DNA from: an uncultured Planctomycetaceae bacterium
GTDB lineage: Bacteria > Planctomycetota > Planctomycetia > Planctomycetales > Planctomycetaceae
DNA: 64,000 bases
Assembly (NCBI GenBank): GCA_963815195.1
Contig: CAWFGE010000022.1
Span: 160,001 to 224,000, forward strand
Reading direction: 5' to 3'
Below, piece after piece: positions 41,863 through 53,048 of this stretch (within the stretch, counting starts at the first letter, position 1; every line of letters starts with the position of its first letter). Made by a program: the position numbers and the translations under genes. The notes under the pieces were generated by a model. The model saw only the letters and a list, made by a program, of their open reading frames with translations, was not told where the DNA came from and did no database searches.

Positions 41863-42759
41863 TCATTCAAACAGTCGCAACTGCTCGTGTTTTTCGAGCA
41901 CGGTTTCGCTGTAAGAGGCTTCAAAGTTGGTGATTAAAGCTTCCATCATCGGGTTGCGGTTTTTCTCTTTGGCCCCCACATGATAAAAATGCTCCCGCGT
42001 GAGACAGCCATATTCCGACCAGATCGTCTTCAGGAACATGTTCTCGCGGTAATCATTGCTGTGCCAGGTGGAGAGGATAAACCTCGCTTGCGAGCCATCC
42101 AGAAGCGTTTTTAGCGCCCGCTCATCCTCTTCGTCCCATCCGTTAAAGTAATCCACATGGCGGCCAATATACGGAGGATCGCAGTAGATGACGTCCGAAG
42201 CCTCGGCAAGAGCCACCGAATCGCGAAAGTCCTGGCAAACAAATTGATAGTTGCCGAATGCGCAAACATCCGCAATCACCTGAATCTGATTGCAGATTTT
42301 GGTAATGTAGGCCGGTGCGAAACGGTTGGGCTTTCGGCAAAACGGGACGTTGAATTGCCCTTTCCTGTTAAACCGAATCATCCCATTGAAGCAGGCCCGG
42401 CTCAAAAATAAAAAATCCAGCGGAGAATGGGATTCATTAAACCTAAAGCGCACCTCATAAAAATGCGCGTCCCCCAACCGTTCTAGCAATGCTCCTTCCT
42501 CTTGCAGAAACCGGCGCGCGATCGCAGCGGTGATTTCTTTGTTTTGGACGGCGGTGTAGAACCGAATCAAATGGGGATTCGCATCGGCCAGAATTGCTTC
42601 GGAGGGTTGGGCGTTGAAGGCCACGACACCCGACCCCATGAACGGCTCCACCCAACGCCCCGAAAAATCCTTCGGGATGATCGCCTTGATCCAAGGAACC
42701 AGCTTCGATTTAATGCCTTGGCACTTGATTGGAGGAATCATCGTGCGATGCGTGGTCAT
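41863..42759 (-). CDS. Dam-family N6-adenine DNA methyltransferase, M.EcoRV-like
   Basis: [42 protein letters not shown]. Confidence 0.92.
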   Translation of the reverse strand: MTTHRTMIPPIKCQGIKSKLVPWIKAIIPKDFSGRWVEPFMGSGVVAFNAQPSEAILADANPHLIRFYTAVQNKEITAAIARRFLQEEGALLERLGDAHFYEVRFRFNESHSPLDFLFLSRACFNGMIRFNRKGQFNVPFCRKPNRFAPAYITKICNQIQVIADVCAFGNYQFVCQDFRDSVALAEASDVIYCDPPYIGRHVDYFNGWDEEDERALKTLLDGSQARFILSTWHSNDYRENMFLKTIWSEYGCLTREHFYHVGAKEKNRNPMMEALITNFEASYSETVLEKHEQLRLFE

Positions 42760-43583
42760 GGTAGATTATTCCGGGACACGATCAAAGACATGTCGCCATT
42801 GCGAAACTGCACAAAATCGTCCAAACGCGTAATCTTCTTCGGTTTTCCGTCAGCATCTTTGACGACGATTTTTCCGAAGTTCATCCAGTAATCATCGAAC
42901 CATTCCTCACCCAGCTTACTAAACATTCCTGTGCCGTCCAAGATGTCTTGAATCCGTCTAATGCTGCCGATGTTTTCGGTATTCCCTGAGCCACCTTTGT
43001 CCCCTGCGATTTGCCATTTCTCAGCCACAAAAAACTGAATGTTGGAAATCACCGAAGTGATCGAATGCAAATGATCCAGGGAATAAGCCTTCGTTTCATC
43101 GATTGTCGCGTTTTCCGCGCGATCATAGATAATTCCCAGGCAAAAATGACCGGCATAAGAACCGTAGGGGAATTGGATGTTTTTCGTGCTGGTCCGATCC
43201 TGAAAATACTTGCCATGAGAACCCAGCGTGAATCCATTACACAGCCAAGGCTTGGAGGGAAGACGATAGGTGGTTTTGAAATCCACGGCGAACTTGACCG
43301 ATTCATCGTTGGCCAAAACGAAAGAGATATCGGGATAATAGTTTTGGTGATCCGCCAAAACCAGCCGATAGCCATGCTGTTCCGCGAATTGGCGAATTCG
43401 CGGAAAAAGATGAATCTCTAATATCTTTGAGACGATCTTCGTGTCGGAAGAGATTGTGTAAACGTTGCGGCAGGTGTCGATAAACCCCTTCACGGTCCAT
43501 TGCCCATCATCGGTGCTGACATGCTCATTCAGGTTTGCCGCCAATTCGGTCAGAGCAATCATAAAATCCTGTTTGTCGGGCAT
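42756..43583 (-). CDS. EcoRV-family type II restriction endonuclease
   Basis: [21 protein letters not shown] (PD..DxK), [27 protein letters not shown] recognition loop; ATGA overlap with the MTase. Confidence 0.88.
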   Translation of the reverse strand: MPDKQDFMIALTELAANLNEHVSTDDGQWTVKGFIDTCRNVYTISSDTKIVSKILEIHLFPRIRQFAEQHGYRLVLADHQNYYPDISFVLANDESVKFAVDFKTTYRLPSKPWLCNGFTLGSHGKYFQDRTSTKNIQFPYGSYAGHFCLGIIYDRAENATIDETKAYSLDHLHSITSVISNIQFFVAEKWQIAGDKGGSGNTENIGSIRRIQDILDGTGMFSKLGEEWFDDYWMNFGKIVVKDADGKPKKITRLDDFVQFRNGDMSLIVSRNNLP

Positions 43584-43641
43584 GGACGAAGACTTTCTAT
43601 TCCAAATGATACGACTTTCCCGAAATCGTTGGACCCCCAAG

Positions 43642-44776
43642 TCAGTTCTCCAACAGCGGCCTGAGGGCTTTTTCGAACGCCTCGGCTTGGCGCATGAAGC
43701 CCAAGTCTGTCGGGTGGGAGCTGTCCACAGTGGCTTCGCCGTCGTCGCCTAGGAGTTGGTCGCCGGGGAGGTACGAGAGTTGTTTGACGCCGGCTTTTTG
43801 CAGACGTTCGTAGGCGGCCTTAAAGGCGGCGCGGCTGGTGTCGTTGCGGTCTTGCTTCGCGGGGATCAAAAATGAATTGGCGTAGGTGCGGTCTTCCACG
43901 AATAGGATCGGCGTGTCGGGGCGAGCTTTGCGGAGGGTTTTCACCAAGGGTTCGGTGCGGGCGGCGACAACGTCCGCCGTCACGTTGGGCAGGCAGTCGA
44001 TGACAAATACGGCCGGGTCGAGTTCCGCCATCAGGTCGGCGACTTCCTGCTCCAGCCGGCCGTTGCCGGAGAAGCCCAGGTTGATGACCGGGCGATCGAG
44101 CCGGCGGCCGAGGATCGCGGTGTGCACCATGCCCGGCCGGGATGCGCAGCCGCCCTGCGTGATCGAGGTGCCGTAAAACACGACCGGCTTTCGCCGGCTT
44201 TCGGGGCGGGGTTCTGACTTCTCCAGGTGAGCCTCCTTGGGCAGGCCGATTTCCACGGAAGCCACGCCGTTATAGAGCGGCAGATAGAGCAGATAGTCGC
44301 GCTTTGCCGCGGGAATGCCCGCGACCAGAGTCGCCGTGTTGGTTTGGGCGGTGGGTTGGCCGACGCCGAGCCACCGCCAGCCGTTGCCGGTTTTGACGTA
44401 GAGATCGAGCCCGCTCACGCCGGTGGCGGGCATGTGCGGCATGGCGAGGCGATCCGAAGTCAACGTCCAGCGGGCTTTGATCTCCGAGGCGTCCGTGGTG
44501 AACCGCACCATCAAACCCGCGGAATGCCGGCTGAGGCTCCACACCGCCGAGCGCACGGTCTTCTCGGCTTTGGCGGGCAGGCGGTCGAACGGGGCTTTGA
44601 GGTCCGTCCAACCTTGGCCTTCCACATCCGCCACTCGGACATCGTACCAGCGCCACATTTTGCTTTTCGTCCCAGGTGCCCTGGGCGGGATCGATCTTTT
44701 CGCCTGCGAAGGAAAACGTGGAGATGAGTCCCACACAAACGGCAGACCAACAACAAGCACGATTGTAACTCCACAT
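43642..44776 (-). CDS. Secreted SGNH/GDSL hydrolase (frameshift near 44655)
   Basis: FYGTSITQG, NLGFSG, DCLPN, DSSHP; signal-peptide-like N-terminus in a neighbouring frame. Confidence 0.85.
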
Positions 44777-44884
44777 GCTTTTGCCTTTCACTCTACGGTA
44801 GGTTGGCTCGGCTTCTGAGCTTTTGAATATCCGGAGAATCATCGGGCTCACGCGGGCGGCGACCGAAGGTTGGTCTGCTCGCCT

Positions 44885-45814
44885 TTAGCGAGTCAGATCT
44901 TTCCACAGCTTGGGAGCGTAACCGGCGATCATGCCGACGCACAAGCCCGCCGCGTGCGCTGTGTTGGCGATTCCTCCGATGAAGCCCACCGTGCACGCGG
45001 CCATATACAGCAGCATCAGCATCACCAGGCTACGCGGCATGTAGAAACCCGATTCGGGCGCATATAGGCTTTGCATCCAGACATAGCCGAACAGCCCGAA
45101 CACGACGCCCGACATCCCCCCGAAAGCCGGCCCGGACATCATCGCCTGGGCCGTGTTGGAAATCCCCGAAATCGCCAGCACCAAGGCGAGGTATTTCCAT
45201 TTTCCCCGCCGGGCTTCGACCGAGCCCCCCAAATCCCAGAGCCACATCATATTGAACAGCAGATGGAGCGGCGTGAAGTGCAAAAACATCGGCGTGAACA
45301 ACCGCCAGACTTGCCCATGCAAAATCGCAGCGTATTTTCGGGCATTCACTTCGGCGACCAAGTCGCCAGGATGATAGGGAGCAAAAGACAGCCAGACGAG
45401 AGCCGGGTCATACTTGCTGCCAAAATTGAATGGGTCGCTGGGAGAGGTCGTGGCGATCACGGCGGCGATGGAAATCACGACCAGCGTGATCGTCACGGGG
45501 CAGCGCTGGAGATTCGACTGATTCCAGGTCTCGTTCGCCCGCACGACTTTCTTTTTGACCTCGCGGTGCTTTTTGATTTCCCGCGCACGAAGGGCGTCCG
45601 CCGCGGCTTTGGCATTGACATATTTGTCGGCGTTGGGATTCTCGCGAAACTGTTCGAGTTCCGTCTTGGCCTGCGTGACCTGATCTTCTTCGAGCACCCA
45701 CACGACCCAAGCCGAATCGTCGGCTTCGATGTTCGTGCGAATGTCCCGCGTCAGCACGTAGTCCGCAAACTTCCGCGCCTCGGTCTCGCTGGGCAAGGTT
45801 CCAATCTGTCGCAT
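44885..45814 (-). CDS. Rhomboid intramembrane serine protease (GlpG-like)
   Basis: WRLFTPMFLH, HLLFNM, GMSG, AHAAG. Confidence 0.92.
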   Translation of the reverse strand: MRQIGTLPSETEARKFADYVLTRDIRTNIEADDSAWVVWVLEEDQVTQAKTELEQFRENPNADKYVNAKAAADALRAREIKKHREVKKKVVRANETWNQSNLQRCPVTITLVVISIAAVIATTSPSDPFNFGSKYDPALVWLSFAPYHPGDLVAEVNARKYAAILHGQVWRLFTPMFLHFTPLHLLFNMMWLWDLGGSVEARRGKWKYLALVLAISGISNTAQAMMSGPAFGGMSGVVFGLFGYVWMQSLYAPESGFYMPRSLVMLMLLYMAACTVGFIGGIANTAHAAGLCVGMIAGYAPKLWKDLTR

Positions 45815-45884
45815 AGGTGTTCTTGCTTTCCGATTGATTCGTTATGAACTCCGACGACAAGTCGTCGGCTTGGGCGATCCTGAC

Positions 45885-46874
45885 TTAACTGTGCAGTTCG
45901 ACCAGGTCGCGGTCGGCAAGGACATGGCCTGAGCCGACGCTTTGGCCGTCGCGGGCGCTCTCGCCCCAGACCTTCGCGTATTTTAGCGAATCGACCAGAT
46001 CGCGGTGAACTTTATACGCCAGGTCCTCCACCGTGCCGCCGCGGGGGATGGTAAACGGATCTTTGTAGTCGGCCGGCTTGCCGGGGGCTTTGGTGTAAAC
46101 GCGAATCACGTCGAGCGCGTTATAAAAACAATTCCGCAGGGCTTCGCGGGAGTCTTCGCGGCCGAACTCCACCTGCTGGATGGGGAAGGGAATCTCCAAG
46201 AGTTCGCGAAACAGATCCAGGCGGATCTCAGAGCCCGGATCATCCGCCCGCGTGACGACGAGGATCGTTTTGACCTTGACGACGGAAAAATCGTCTTCGG
46301 CGAAACCGCTCTCGGCGGCGAGTTGCGTTTTGCGGTTGGCGAGTTCCGTGAGGACCTCGGCAGTTTCTTCCGGGGCATCGTCCGAACTGCCGTTGAAGCA
46401 CAACGCGACCACATCCGCCGAGCGCACCATGTTGAGCACATAAGGTTCCAAATGCGCGGCCGACAGCGGCGGCGTGTCGATCAGCTGCACGCTGGCATCT
46501 TCCCAGGGCATCATGCCCGGCATCGGCTCGTGCGTGGTGAAGGGATAATCCGCGACCTGGGGCTCGGCGTTGGTGAGTTCGGCGAGCACCCGGCTCTTGC
46601 CGGAGTTCGGGGCGCCAATTAACACAATCGTGCCCGCCCCCTGCCGGGGAATCCGAAAGCTTCGTCCGGTTTTGGGGGCCGACTTTTCGGTGAGCGCTTC
46701 CTGCTTGGCTTCCTTCAGGCGGGTCTTAAGGTCGGCTTGCAGATGGTCGGTCCCCTTGTGCTTGGGGATCAGTTTGAGCATCTCCTGCAAGCACGCCACT
46801 TGCTCGTCCGCCGTCTGAGCGCGGCGGTACTCCGCTTCGGCTTTCAAATATTGAGGCGTCAAATTCGCCGGCAT
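45885..46874 (-). CDS. OBG/DRG-family GTPase with TGS domain
   Basis: PKHKGT, GAPNSGKS, YPFTT, DTP, IRVYTK, TGS-like C-terminus. Confidence 0.88.
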   Translation of the reverse strand: MPANLTPQYLKAEAEYRRAQTADEQVACLQEMLKLIPKHKGTDHLQADLKTRLKEAKQEALTEKSAPKTGRSFRIPRQGAGTIVLIGAPNSGKSRVLAELTNAEPQVADYPFTTHEPMPGMMPWEDASVQLIDTPPLSAAHLEPYVLNMVRSADVVALCFNGSSDDAPEETAEVLTELANRKTQLAAESGFAEDDFSVVKVKTILVVTRADDPGSEIRLDLFRELLEIPFPIQQVEFGREDSREALRNCFYNALDVIRVYTKAPGKPADYKDPFTIPRGGTVEDLAYKVHRDLVDSLKYAKVWGESARDGQSVGSGHVLADRDLVELHS

Positions 46875-47197
46875 ACCGTCCTCCGCGTATCAAATCGTGA
46901 CCCAGGTTCCCGCCCGCGGGGGAATGCGTCCTCCTGCTATTCGGCATGATAGAAGGTGTTTCCCCGCCTTGGCCAGTGCATCGGCGGGAAGCGACCGATC
47001 CGTTCCCGGGCGGAGAATGAAGGCCGTTGTTTGCAAATGCCACAATCACTGCCCAGGGGATAGGCACGACCCCGCCGGGGAAGAATAGTTTCCAGAACGG
47101 AATCCCCGACTCTTCCGATCAAGATAAATCGCGTAACCTTCTTGTGTTTATAGACTTGCGCTAAAAACCTCCTTAAAAACCTCTCCTGGAAAACCAT

Positions 47198-47214
47198 TGG
47201 CATAGATTGTGCCA
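47198..47214. promoter_or_regulatory. Overlapping divergent sigma-54-like motifs
   Basis: Plus strand TGGCATAGATTGTGC and minus strand TGGCACAATCTATGC both have GG-N10-GC spacing. Confidence 0.55.
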
Positions 47215-47386
47215 TGCTTGGAATTTCGTCGGAATAAATCAAAATAAATCGATATTTCCCTTGAAAACCGTCCTTCAAAAGGGGACAGTGCCATTTATGG
47301 GTATTCTCCCTTAGTTCTGATCGCATTTCATCCTACGAGCCGGGCTTACACCTTTTTGCATCGCCACCAAAAATTGGAGACGATCG

Positions 47387-48373
47387 ATGCGCCGGAATTC
47401 ACTCGTGCGCCCAACGCGTGCCAATTCCCGTCACGGTTTCACTCTGATCGAGCTGCTGGTGGTGATCGCCATCATCGCGATTCTGATTGCCCTGCTGCTT
47501 CCCGCCGTGCAGCAAGCGCGGGAAGCGGCCCGGCGGTCGAGTTGCCGGAACAATCTCAAGCAAATCGGCTTGGCTCTGCAGAATCATCACGACGTTTATG
47601 GCTTTTTTCCGTCGGCCCACCAAATTGGAAAAACCTGGGACAGTTCCTATCAGCGGCAGGATCCGCCCCGCGGATACGCCTCCAACGGCTATCCGCAAGA
47701 TGGGGCTTATTTCAGTTGGATGTTTCGCATCGCTCCGTATTTGGATCAGGGCGTCATCTTCAAGCAAGCGAAAGTCTGTGCCAATAGCTCCTGCTGGCCT
47801 TGGTGGCAATACACGTCCGGCGGCCAGTGTCTGAACGGCATCCCGGTGAAAGTCTTTCAATGCCCCTCCGATGTCCGCGGGGATTTAATCCTCGACTACG
47901 GCAGCAACCAACGAGCGGCGATGACGTCCTACCTCGGCGTCAACGGGCTGAACCAGTTCCAGGAAGCCGGCGGCCAGAACGGCATGTTGTTCGTCAACTC
48001 GGGCGTTAAGTTTCGCGATGTCACCGACGGCAGCACGAATACCATTATGGTCGGCGAACGGCCCCCGACGCAGGACCTCGTCTACGGCTGGTGGTTCGCC
48101 GGGGCGGGAACGGCTCCGCGATTCGGCACTTCCGACGTCGTTCTCGGCATTGCGGAGCGGCAGCCCAGCCCCGCCTCCGCCGCGGAATATTACCGCCCCG
48201 GCGACATTCAAAATGCCAGCCACCAGTATCACTTCTGGAGTCTGCACGCGGGCGGAACGTTTTTCCTCCTGGCCGACGGCTCGGTGCATTTTATTTCCTA
48301 TAACGTGGGCCGAAACGTCATCCAGGCCCTCGCCACCCGCAACGGAAACGAAGCCGTCCAGTCGCCTTTCTGA
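47387..48373 (+). CDS. DUF1559 prepilin-type N-terminal cleavage/methylation protein
   Basis: [56 protein letters not shown]9-DG motif. Confidence 0.95.
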   Translation: MRRNSLVRPTRANSRHGFTLIELLVVIAIIAILIALLLPAVQQAREAARRSSCRNNLKQIGLALQNHHDVYGFFPSAHQIGKTWDSSYQRQDPPRGYASNGYPQDGAYFSWMFRIAPYLDQGVIFKQAKVCANSSCWPWWQYTSGGQCLNGIPVKVFQCPSDVRGDLILDYGSNQRAAMTSYLGVNGLNQFQEAGGQNGMLFVNSGVKFRDVTDGSTNTIMVGERPPTQDLVYGWWFAGAGTAPRFGTSDVVLGIAERQPSPASAAEYYRPGDIQNASHQYHFWSLHAGGTFFLLADGSVHFISYNVGRNVIQALATRNGNEAVQSPF

Positions 48374-48400
48374 TTTCGATCCTCAAAAAAGACTCTGCCG

Positions 48401-48541
48401 ATGATCCGCAATCTGCTCTTGGCCTTCGTTATGACGTGTGCCGCGTTGTCCCTCATCGGCTGCGGCGACAAGCAAACGGTAAAGAGCGCCAGCGAAAAAC
48501 CCACCGCCGACAGAGTCCCCCCACCCCCGCCGGGGGAGTAG
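48401..48541 (+). CDS. Small lipoprotein (46 aa)
   Basis: Manual translation MIRNLLLAFVMTCAALSLIGCGDKQTVKSASEKPTADRVPPPPPGE; lipobox LIGC; follows the DUF1559 gene. Confidence 0.7.
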   Translation: MIRNLLLAFVMTCAALSLIGCGDKQTVKSASEKPTADRVPPPPPGE

Positions 48542-48872
48542 GCGTTAAAAGTTCCACTTGTCCGACCATTTCTTCCGGTGTGAGGCAATCGTGGATGAGA
48601 CAAAGATGTTGGATCAAACCGCCAATCGAACGCGAATCGGTTGGGCAAAAGACAATGCCAGAATGTGCGGTTCCTCCGGCGTCTAAAACCAACAGGTCGG
48701 AATCGTAAGTCACCAAGACGCGGGTATGCTGATTGGCGAAAGCGAGCTGATCTTCGTCCGTTGCACCAATTAGATTTGCATCGGTCGATGTGGTGACATC
48801 GATTCCCCGCAGCCGCAACCCCCGCGCAACGGCATGATCCACATTCTCATCCAGGTGGAAACGAATCGCCAT
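48453..48872 (-). CDS. DUF5615 PIN-like toxin (true 3' end probably near 48545)
   Basis: RFHLDENV..LRLRGIDV..DEDQL..RVLVTYDSD..HSGI. The ORF tail overlaps the lipoprotein gene and is suspect. Confidence 0.82.
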   Translation of the reverse strand: MAIRFHLDENVDHAVARGLRLRGIDVTTSTDANLIGATDEDQLAFANQHTRVLVTYDSDLLVLDAGGTAHSGIVFCPTDSRSIGGLIQHLCLIHDCLTPEEMVGQVELLTPTPPAGVGGLCRRWVFRWRSLPFACRRSR

Positions 48873-49179
48873 TTCTTCGTTGCTTCTTTGCAAGAGGTCC
48901 CGGTTCACATCTTTGGCGAAGGTTCGCTATGCGCTCGGCGTCAGCCGCAAGTTCGGCGCGGATTTCCTCCAGGTGATCGAAACAATAGGCCAATGCGGCG
49001 AAGACTTGCGAAACCGTGAGATGTGGAAATGCGGCGACAATTTGTTCGGCGGATTCCCCACGCAGAACGTGATGCACGTAAATGTCCGAGATGCCGATTC
49101 GGGTCCCGGCAATGTAGGGTTTGTTCGCGCCGTGGCGAGTCGGACGAAGCTCAATATAATGGTCGAGTAGAGTGGTCAT
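48847..49179 (-). CDS. DUF433 antitoxin
   Basis: KPYIAGTRI..GESAEQIVAAFPHLT..VFAALAY. Confidence 0.85.
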   Translation of the reverse strand: MTTLLDHYIELRPTRHGANKPYIAGTRIGISDIYVHHVLRGESAEQIVAAFPHLTVSQVFAALAYCFDHLEEIRAELAADAERIANLRQRCEPGPLAKKQRRNGDSFPPG

Positions 49180-49234
49180 CTTTTCATTCTACCACGTTTG
49201 TTGAAGGGATCTACTAGAATTTGCGGCCTCCGAT

Positions 49235-50839
49235 TCACTCCCACTCGATTGTGCTGGGTGGTTTGGAGCTGATGTCGTACACCACGCGGTTGATGCCTCG
49301 CACCGTGTTGATGATCCGGGTCGAGATGCGGCCGAGGACTTCATAGGGCAGCGGATACCAGTCGGCGGTCATAAAGTCGTCCGTCTGCACGGCCCGGACG
49401 GCGAGGGTGTCTTCGTACGTCCTGGCATCGCCCATCACGCCCACGGTTTGCACGGGTAAGAGCACCGCGAAGGCTTGCTGCACGGCCCGGTACAGATTGG
49501 CTCGGCGGAGTTCTTCGATGACGATGGCGTCGGCTTCGCGGAGCGTGGCCAGCCGCTCTTCGGTGATTTCGCCGAGACACCGCACCGCCAAACCGGGGCC
49601 GGGAAACGGATGCCGCCAGACAAGTTTTTCGGGCAATCCAAGTTCCACCCCCATCCGGCGGACTTCATCTTTGAACAAATCCCGCAGAGGCTCGATGAGT
49701 TCAAACCCCAACTCCGCCGGCAGGCCTCCGACGTTGTGATGGGACTTGATCGTCGCCGCCGGCCCATCGGGGTTGGCTCCGCTTTCGATGACGTCGGGAT
49801 ACAGTGTCCCCTGGGCGAGGAAGCGGGCGTCGGGGATGGACTCGGCTTCTTTGCGGAAGACTTCGATAAACACCCGCCCGATGATCTGCCGTTTTTGCTG
49901 CGGATCGGTCACGCCTTCGAGCGCGTCCAAAAACCGGGACTTCGCATCGACGACATGCAGGTCGGTCTTGAAATGCTCGCCGAACTCCCGGCGGACTTCC
50001 TCGGCTTCGTTTTTTCGCAGAAGGCCGTTATCGACGAAGATGCAAGACAGCCGGGGGCCGATGGCTTTGAACAACAATGCCGCGGTGACGGAGGAATCCA
50101 CGCCGCCGGACAGTCCGCAGATCACCCGGTCGCCTGCCACACGTTCGCGGATGAGTTCCGTTTCGCGGGCGATGAGGGAGCTGATCCGCCACGTGCCTTG
50201 GCAGCCGCAGACGTGGGTCACGAAGTTCGAGAGAATCCGCCCGCCGTGCTCGGTGTGGGTGACTTCGGGATGGAATTGCAATCCATAAATCGGCCGGTCC
50301 CGGTGTTTGACCGCGGCGAACGGGCAGGTGTCGGTCTCCGCGAGGGAGAGGAAGGTGCCCGCCAGGTCTTCGACCTGATCGCCGTGGCTCATCCACACGG
50401 TGAGGTCGAGCGGGATGCCCTGGAACAAAACGTCGGAGTCGTGGGACCGGAGCGACGTCCGTCCGAACTCGCGGGAGCGGCCGGGCGTGACTTTGCTGCC
50501 CTGCGACAAGCACGCGAGCTGCATCCCGTAGCAGATGCCGAGGATCGGCACGTCCAGATCGAAAATCGCCGGGTCGGGATGCGGGGCGTTCTCGCCGTAG
50601 ACGCTGGCCGGTCCGCCGGAGAGAATCAGCCCTTTGGGGTGGAGTTCGCGAATGCGGTCCACGGACAAATCGTGCCGAACCAACTGGCAAAACACATTCT
50701 GCTCGCGAATCCGCCGGGCGATCAACTGGGCGGTTTGCGAACCGAAGTCTAAGACGAGAATCCGCTCTTCTTCGCGGGGAGTAACGGAGGAAGTCTCCGC
50801 GGCGTGTGTATTTGGGTCTGCCAAAACCGGTATCCTCAT
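49235..50839 (-). CDS. guaA: GMP synthase (glutamine-hydrolysing)
   Basis: [52 protein letters not shown]. Confidence 0.97.
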   Translation of the reverse strand: MRIPVLADPNTHAAETSSVTPREEERILVLDFGSQTAQLIARRIREQNVFCQLVRHDLSVDRIRELHPKGLILSGGPASVYGENAPHPDPAIFDLDVPILGICYGMQLACLSQGSKVTPGRSREFGRTSLRSHDSDVLFQGIPLDLTVWMSHGDQVEDLAGTFLSLAETDTCPFAAVKHRDRPIYGLQFHPEVTHTEHGGRILSNFVTHVCGCQGTWRISSLIARETELIRERVAGDRVICGLSGGVDSSVTAALLFKAIGPRLSCIFVDNGLLRKNEAEEVRREFGEHFKTDLHVVDAKSRFLDALEGVTDPQQKRQIIGRVFIEVFRKEAESIPDARFLAQGTLYPDVIESGANPDGPAATIKSHHNVGGLPAELGFELIEPLRDLFKDEVRRMGVELGLPEKLVWRHPFPGPGLAVRCLGEITEERLATLREADAIVIEELRRANLYRAVQQAFAVLLPVQTVGVMGDARTYEDTLAVRAVQTDDFMTADWYPLPYEVLGRISTRIINTVRGINRVVYDISSKPPSTIEWE

Positions 50840-51078
50840 AAGCAAGACCCCCGCCCGAAGCGCCGGGCGGGAAAGAAACCAAACCGCCAGTTTACCGCCA
50901 TCGCGCGCGAAGCAAAAGCGGCTTTCTGACAGAGGCCAAGGCGAGGGTTTTGCCGACCGAAACGCGAATCCGTCGGTCGAACTTGACCAGGCCTTTTTGA
51001 TATACTTTGGCTGTACGCCCACTTCGAGGGGAAATGGTCGTGTGAAAAAAGGGAATGCATCCTATCCGAGGGAAATTG

Positions 51079-51366
51079 ATGTTGCGGTTTAAGGCGGGAT
51101 ATAAATTCCTGGAAGATGGCGTTCATGCCCAAGTGCTGGATTTTCCGGCCGTCATCACCTGCGGCGCCGATGTCAGCGAGGCGCGGTGGTTGTTGGCGAT
51201 GGCTTTGGTGGATGTGGCCGAATCGTACTTGGAACTCGGACAATCCTTGCCGACTCCCGATCCGCAAATCTCCGATTCCGAAATGGACCTTGAGGAACCG
51301 ATTTATCTCCATCTCACCGCCAGCACGGATATCGACCAGAAACCCGCCGGAGTCATTGCCCCATAG
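51079..51366 (+). CDS. HicB-like antitoxin (no adjacent HicA seen)
   Basis: AQVLDFPAVITCG..EAR..AL..YLELGQSLPTP. Confidence 0.7.
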   Translation: MLRFKAGYKFLEDGVHAQVLDFPAVITCGADVSEARWLLAMALVDVAESYLELGQSLPTPDPQISDSEMDLEEPIYLHLTASTDIDQKPAGVIAP

Positions 51367-51373
51367 GAGCAAC

Positions 51374-52189
51374 TCAGCAATCGGCCGTCGACGGGCGGTT
51401 CCTGTACTCTTGGGTCAGCCCCGCGATGAGGCGGCGGGTGAGGACGGTCTGGTCTTCGCTCATCCCGGCGAGCAATGCCAATTCGCAGAGGCGATTGATT
51501 TCCCGCGGCACGCCGTCCGTGAGCCGTTGCAGTTGATCGATGGCCCCGGGCTCGAACTCGGCTTTCTTGTTGCCCGAGGCTTGCAGGCGGGTTTGGACGT
51601 AGGATTCCGTCTCCACACGTCCGAGCGGGCCGACTTCAATGCACAAATCGGCCAGCTCCAACAACTCTCCGACGGCTGGCGAACGTTTTGTCGAATCCAA
51701 CGCCGCAACGATGGCCACATTCGCCGACGATTGCTCGTGCCGATGAATCAGCCGCCGGATGGCCGTGACGGTGGAGTTCCCGGCCGCTTCCAGATTGTCG
51801 AAGAGCAACACGGTCTGGAGGCCCGAATCGGCGGTGGTTTCCAGGAAGTCGCACACCCGTCGCCAGCGGATCCCGAGCGAGTCGGTCTCGGTTCCGCCGA
51901 GCCGGAGTTGGATTTCCAGTTGCCGGAGAAATTGGTCGTCGGAGAGGCCCAGAAGATCGGCAACGGCGCAAAACCGCTGGGAGCGGCGGACGTGCCCGGC
52001 CAGAATCTCTAAGAGCTGCGACTTCCCGCAGCCGGCGGGTCCATAGAGCACGGCGAGGGCTTTGTCCTGCTCGATGCAGTACAGCAGCCGGGCCAGGGCT
52101 TCCTCGTGGACGGGACTTTCGTAGAATGTGCGCTCGCTCAACCGATTGGAAAACGGTGGAGAGGTAAAACCCCAATAGTGCTGGTCCAT
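51374..52189 (-). CDS. ExeA/GspA-like AAA ATPase
   Basis: YWGF..PF, HEEALARL, GPAGCGKS, YVQTRL..G, TDGVPREINRLC. Confidence 0.85.
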   Translation of the reverse strand: MDQHYWGFTSPPFSNRLSERTFYESPVHEEALARLLYCIEQDKALAVLYGPAGCGKSQLLEILAGHVRRSQRFCAVADLLGLSDDQFLRQLEIQLRLGGTETDSLGIRWRRVCDFLETTADSGLQTVLLFDNLEAAGNSTVTAIRRLIHRHEQSSANVAIVAALDSTKRSPAVGELLELADLCIEVGPLGRVETESYVQTRLQASGNKKAEFEPGAIDQLQRLTDGVPREINRLCELALLAGMSEDQTVLTRRLIAGLTQEYRNRPSTADC

Positions 52190-52314
52190 TCGCTGCCCCC
52201 AATGCCGCGCACGCGCCAACCCGTCGGCCTGGCCTGTGGTGTTATCATCGGCAAGGCGTTATATGATCCATGAAGGAACCCGCGAACTTTCCGGCGAATA
52301 AAAGCCAAATCCTC

Positions 52315-53037
52315 ATGTCCGATCGATTTTACTGTGCTCCACTGCCGGTGGGAGAGACCGCCCGCTTGGAAGGAGCCGAAGCCCGGCATTTGTCGCGCGT
52401 GCTGCGGAAATCCGCGGGGGACGTGATCGAACTGTTCGACGGCCAGGGAACGTCGGCGACGGCCGAGATTTTGGCGGCCCACAAAAACGACGTGGAGTTA
52501 AAACTCCTCCAAACAAGCAGCACGGCTCCGCCGGAAAACCAGGTGATTCTGGCGACGGCGGTGCCCAAGGGCGATCGCTTTCGCTGGCTGGTGGAGAAAG
52601 CCGTCGAGCTGGATGTGGACCGTTTGATCCCGCTCCTCACCAAGCGAAGCGTTGTCAAACCGGGCCGAGGCAAACAGGACAAAATGGAGCAGGCCGTCAT
52701 CGAAGCCTGCAAACAATGCCGGCGGAATTGGCTGATGACGATCGAAGACCCCAAGCCCTGGACGGCGTTTTTGGAAGATGATCTAAAGACCGCGGACGCG
52801 GCGCTGCTGGCTCATCCCCGAGGAAAACTTTTGCGGGACGCGTTTCCGGCGCCGGCATTCTCCAAGCTGTTACTGATCGTCGGTCCGGAAGGCGGTTGGA
52901 CGGCGGAGGAAGTCGCGGAAGCCGAAGACGCCGGGGCGGTCCGCGTCAGCTTGGGAACGAACATTCTGCGGATCGAAACCGCCGCGATTGCACTTGCCTC
53001 ATACGCGCAGTTTCAACGGGGAACATCACCGTTCTGA
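52315..53037 (+). CDS. rsmE: 16S rRNA m3U1498 methyltransferase
   Basis: HLSRVLR, EKAVEL, EACKQC, VGPEGGW, LGTNILRIETA. Confidence 0.93.
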   Translation: MSDRFYCAPLPVGETARLEGAEARHLSRVLRKSAGDVIELFDGQGTSATAEILAAHKNDVELKLLQTSSTAPPENQVILATAVPKGDRFRWLVEKAVELDVDRLIPLLTKRSVVKPGRGKQDKMEQAVIEACKQCRRNWLMTIEDPKPWTAFLEDDLKTADAALLAHPRGKLLRDAFPAPAFSKLLLIVGPEGGWTAEEVAEAEDAGAVRVSLGTNILRIETAAIALASYAQFQRGTSPF

Positions 53038-53048
53038 TGGGGCCGGCT

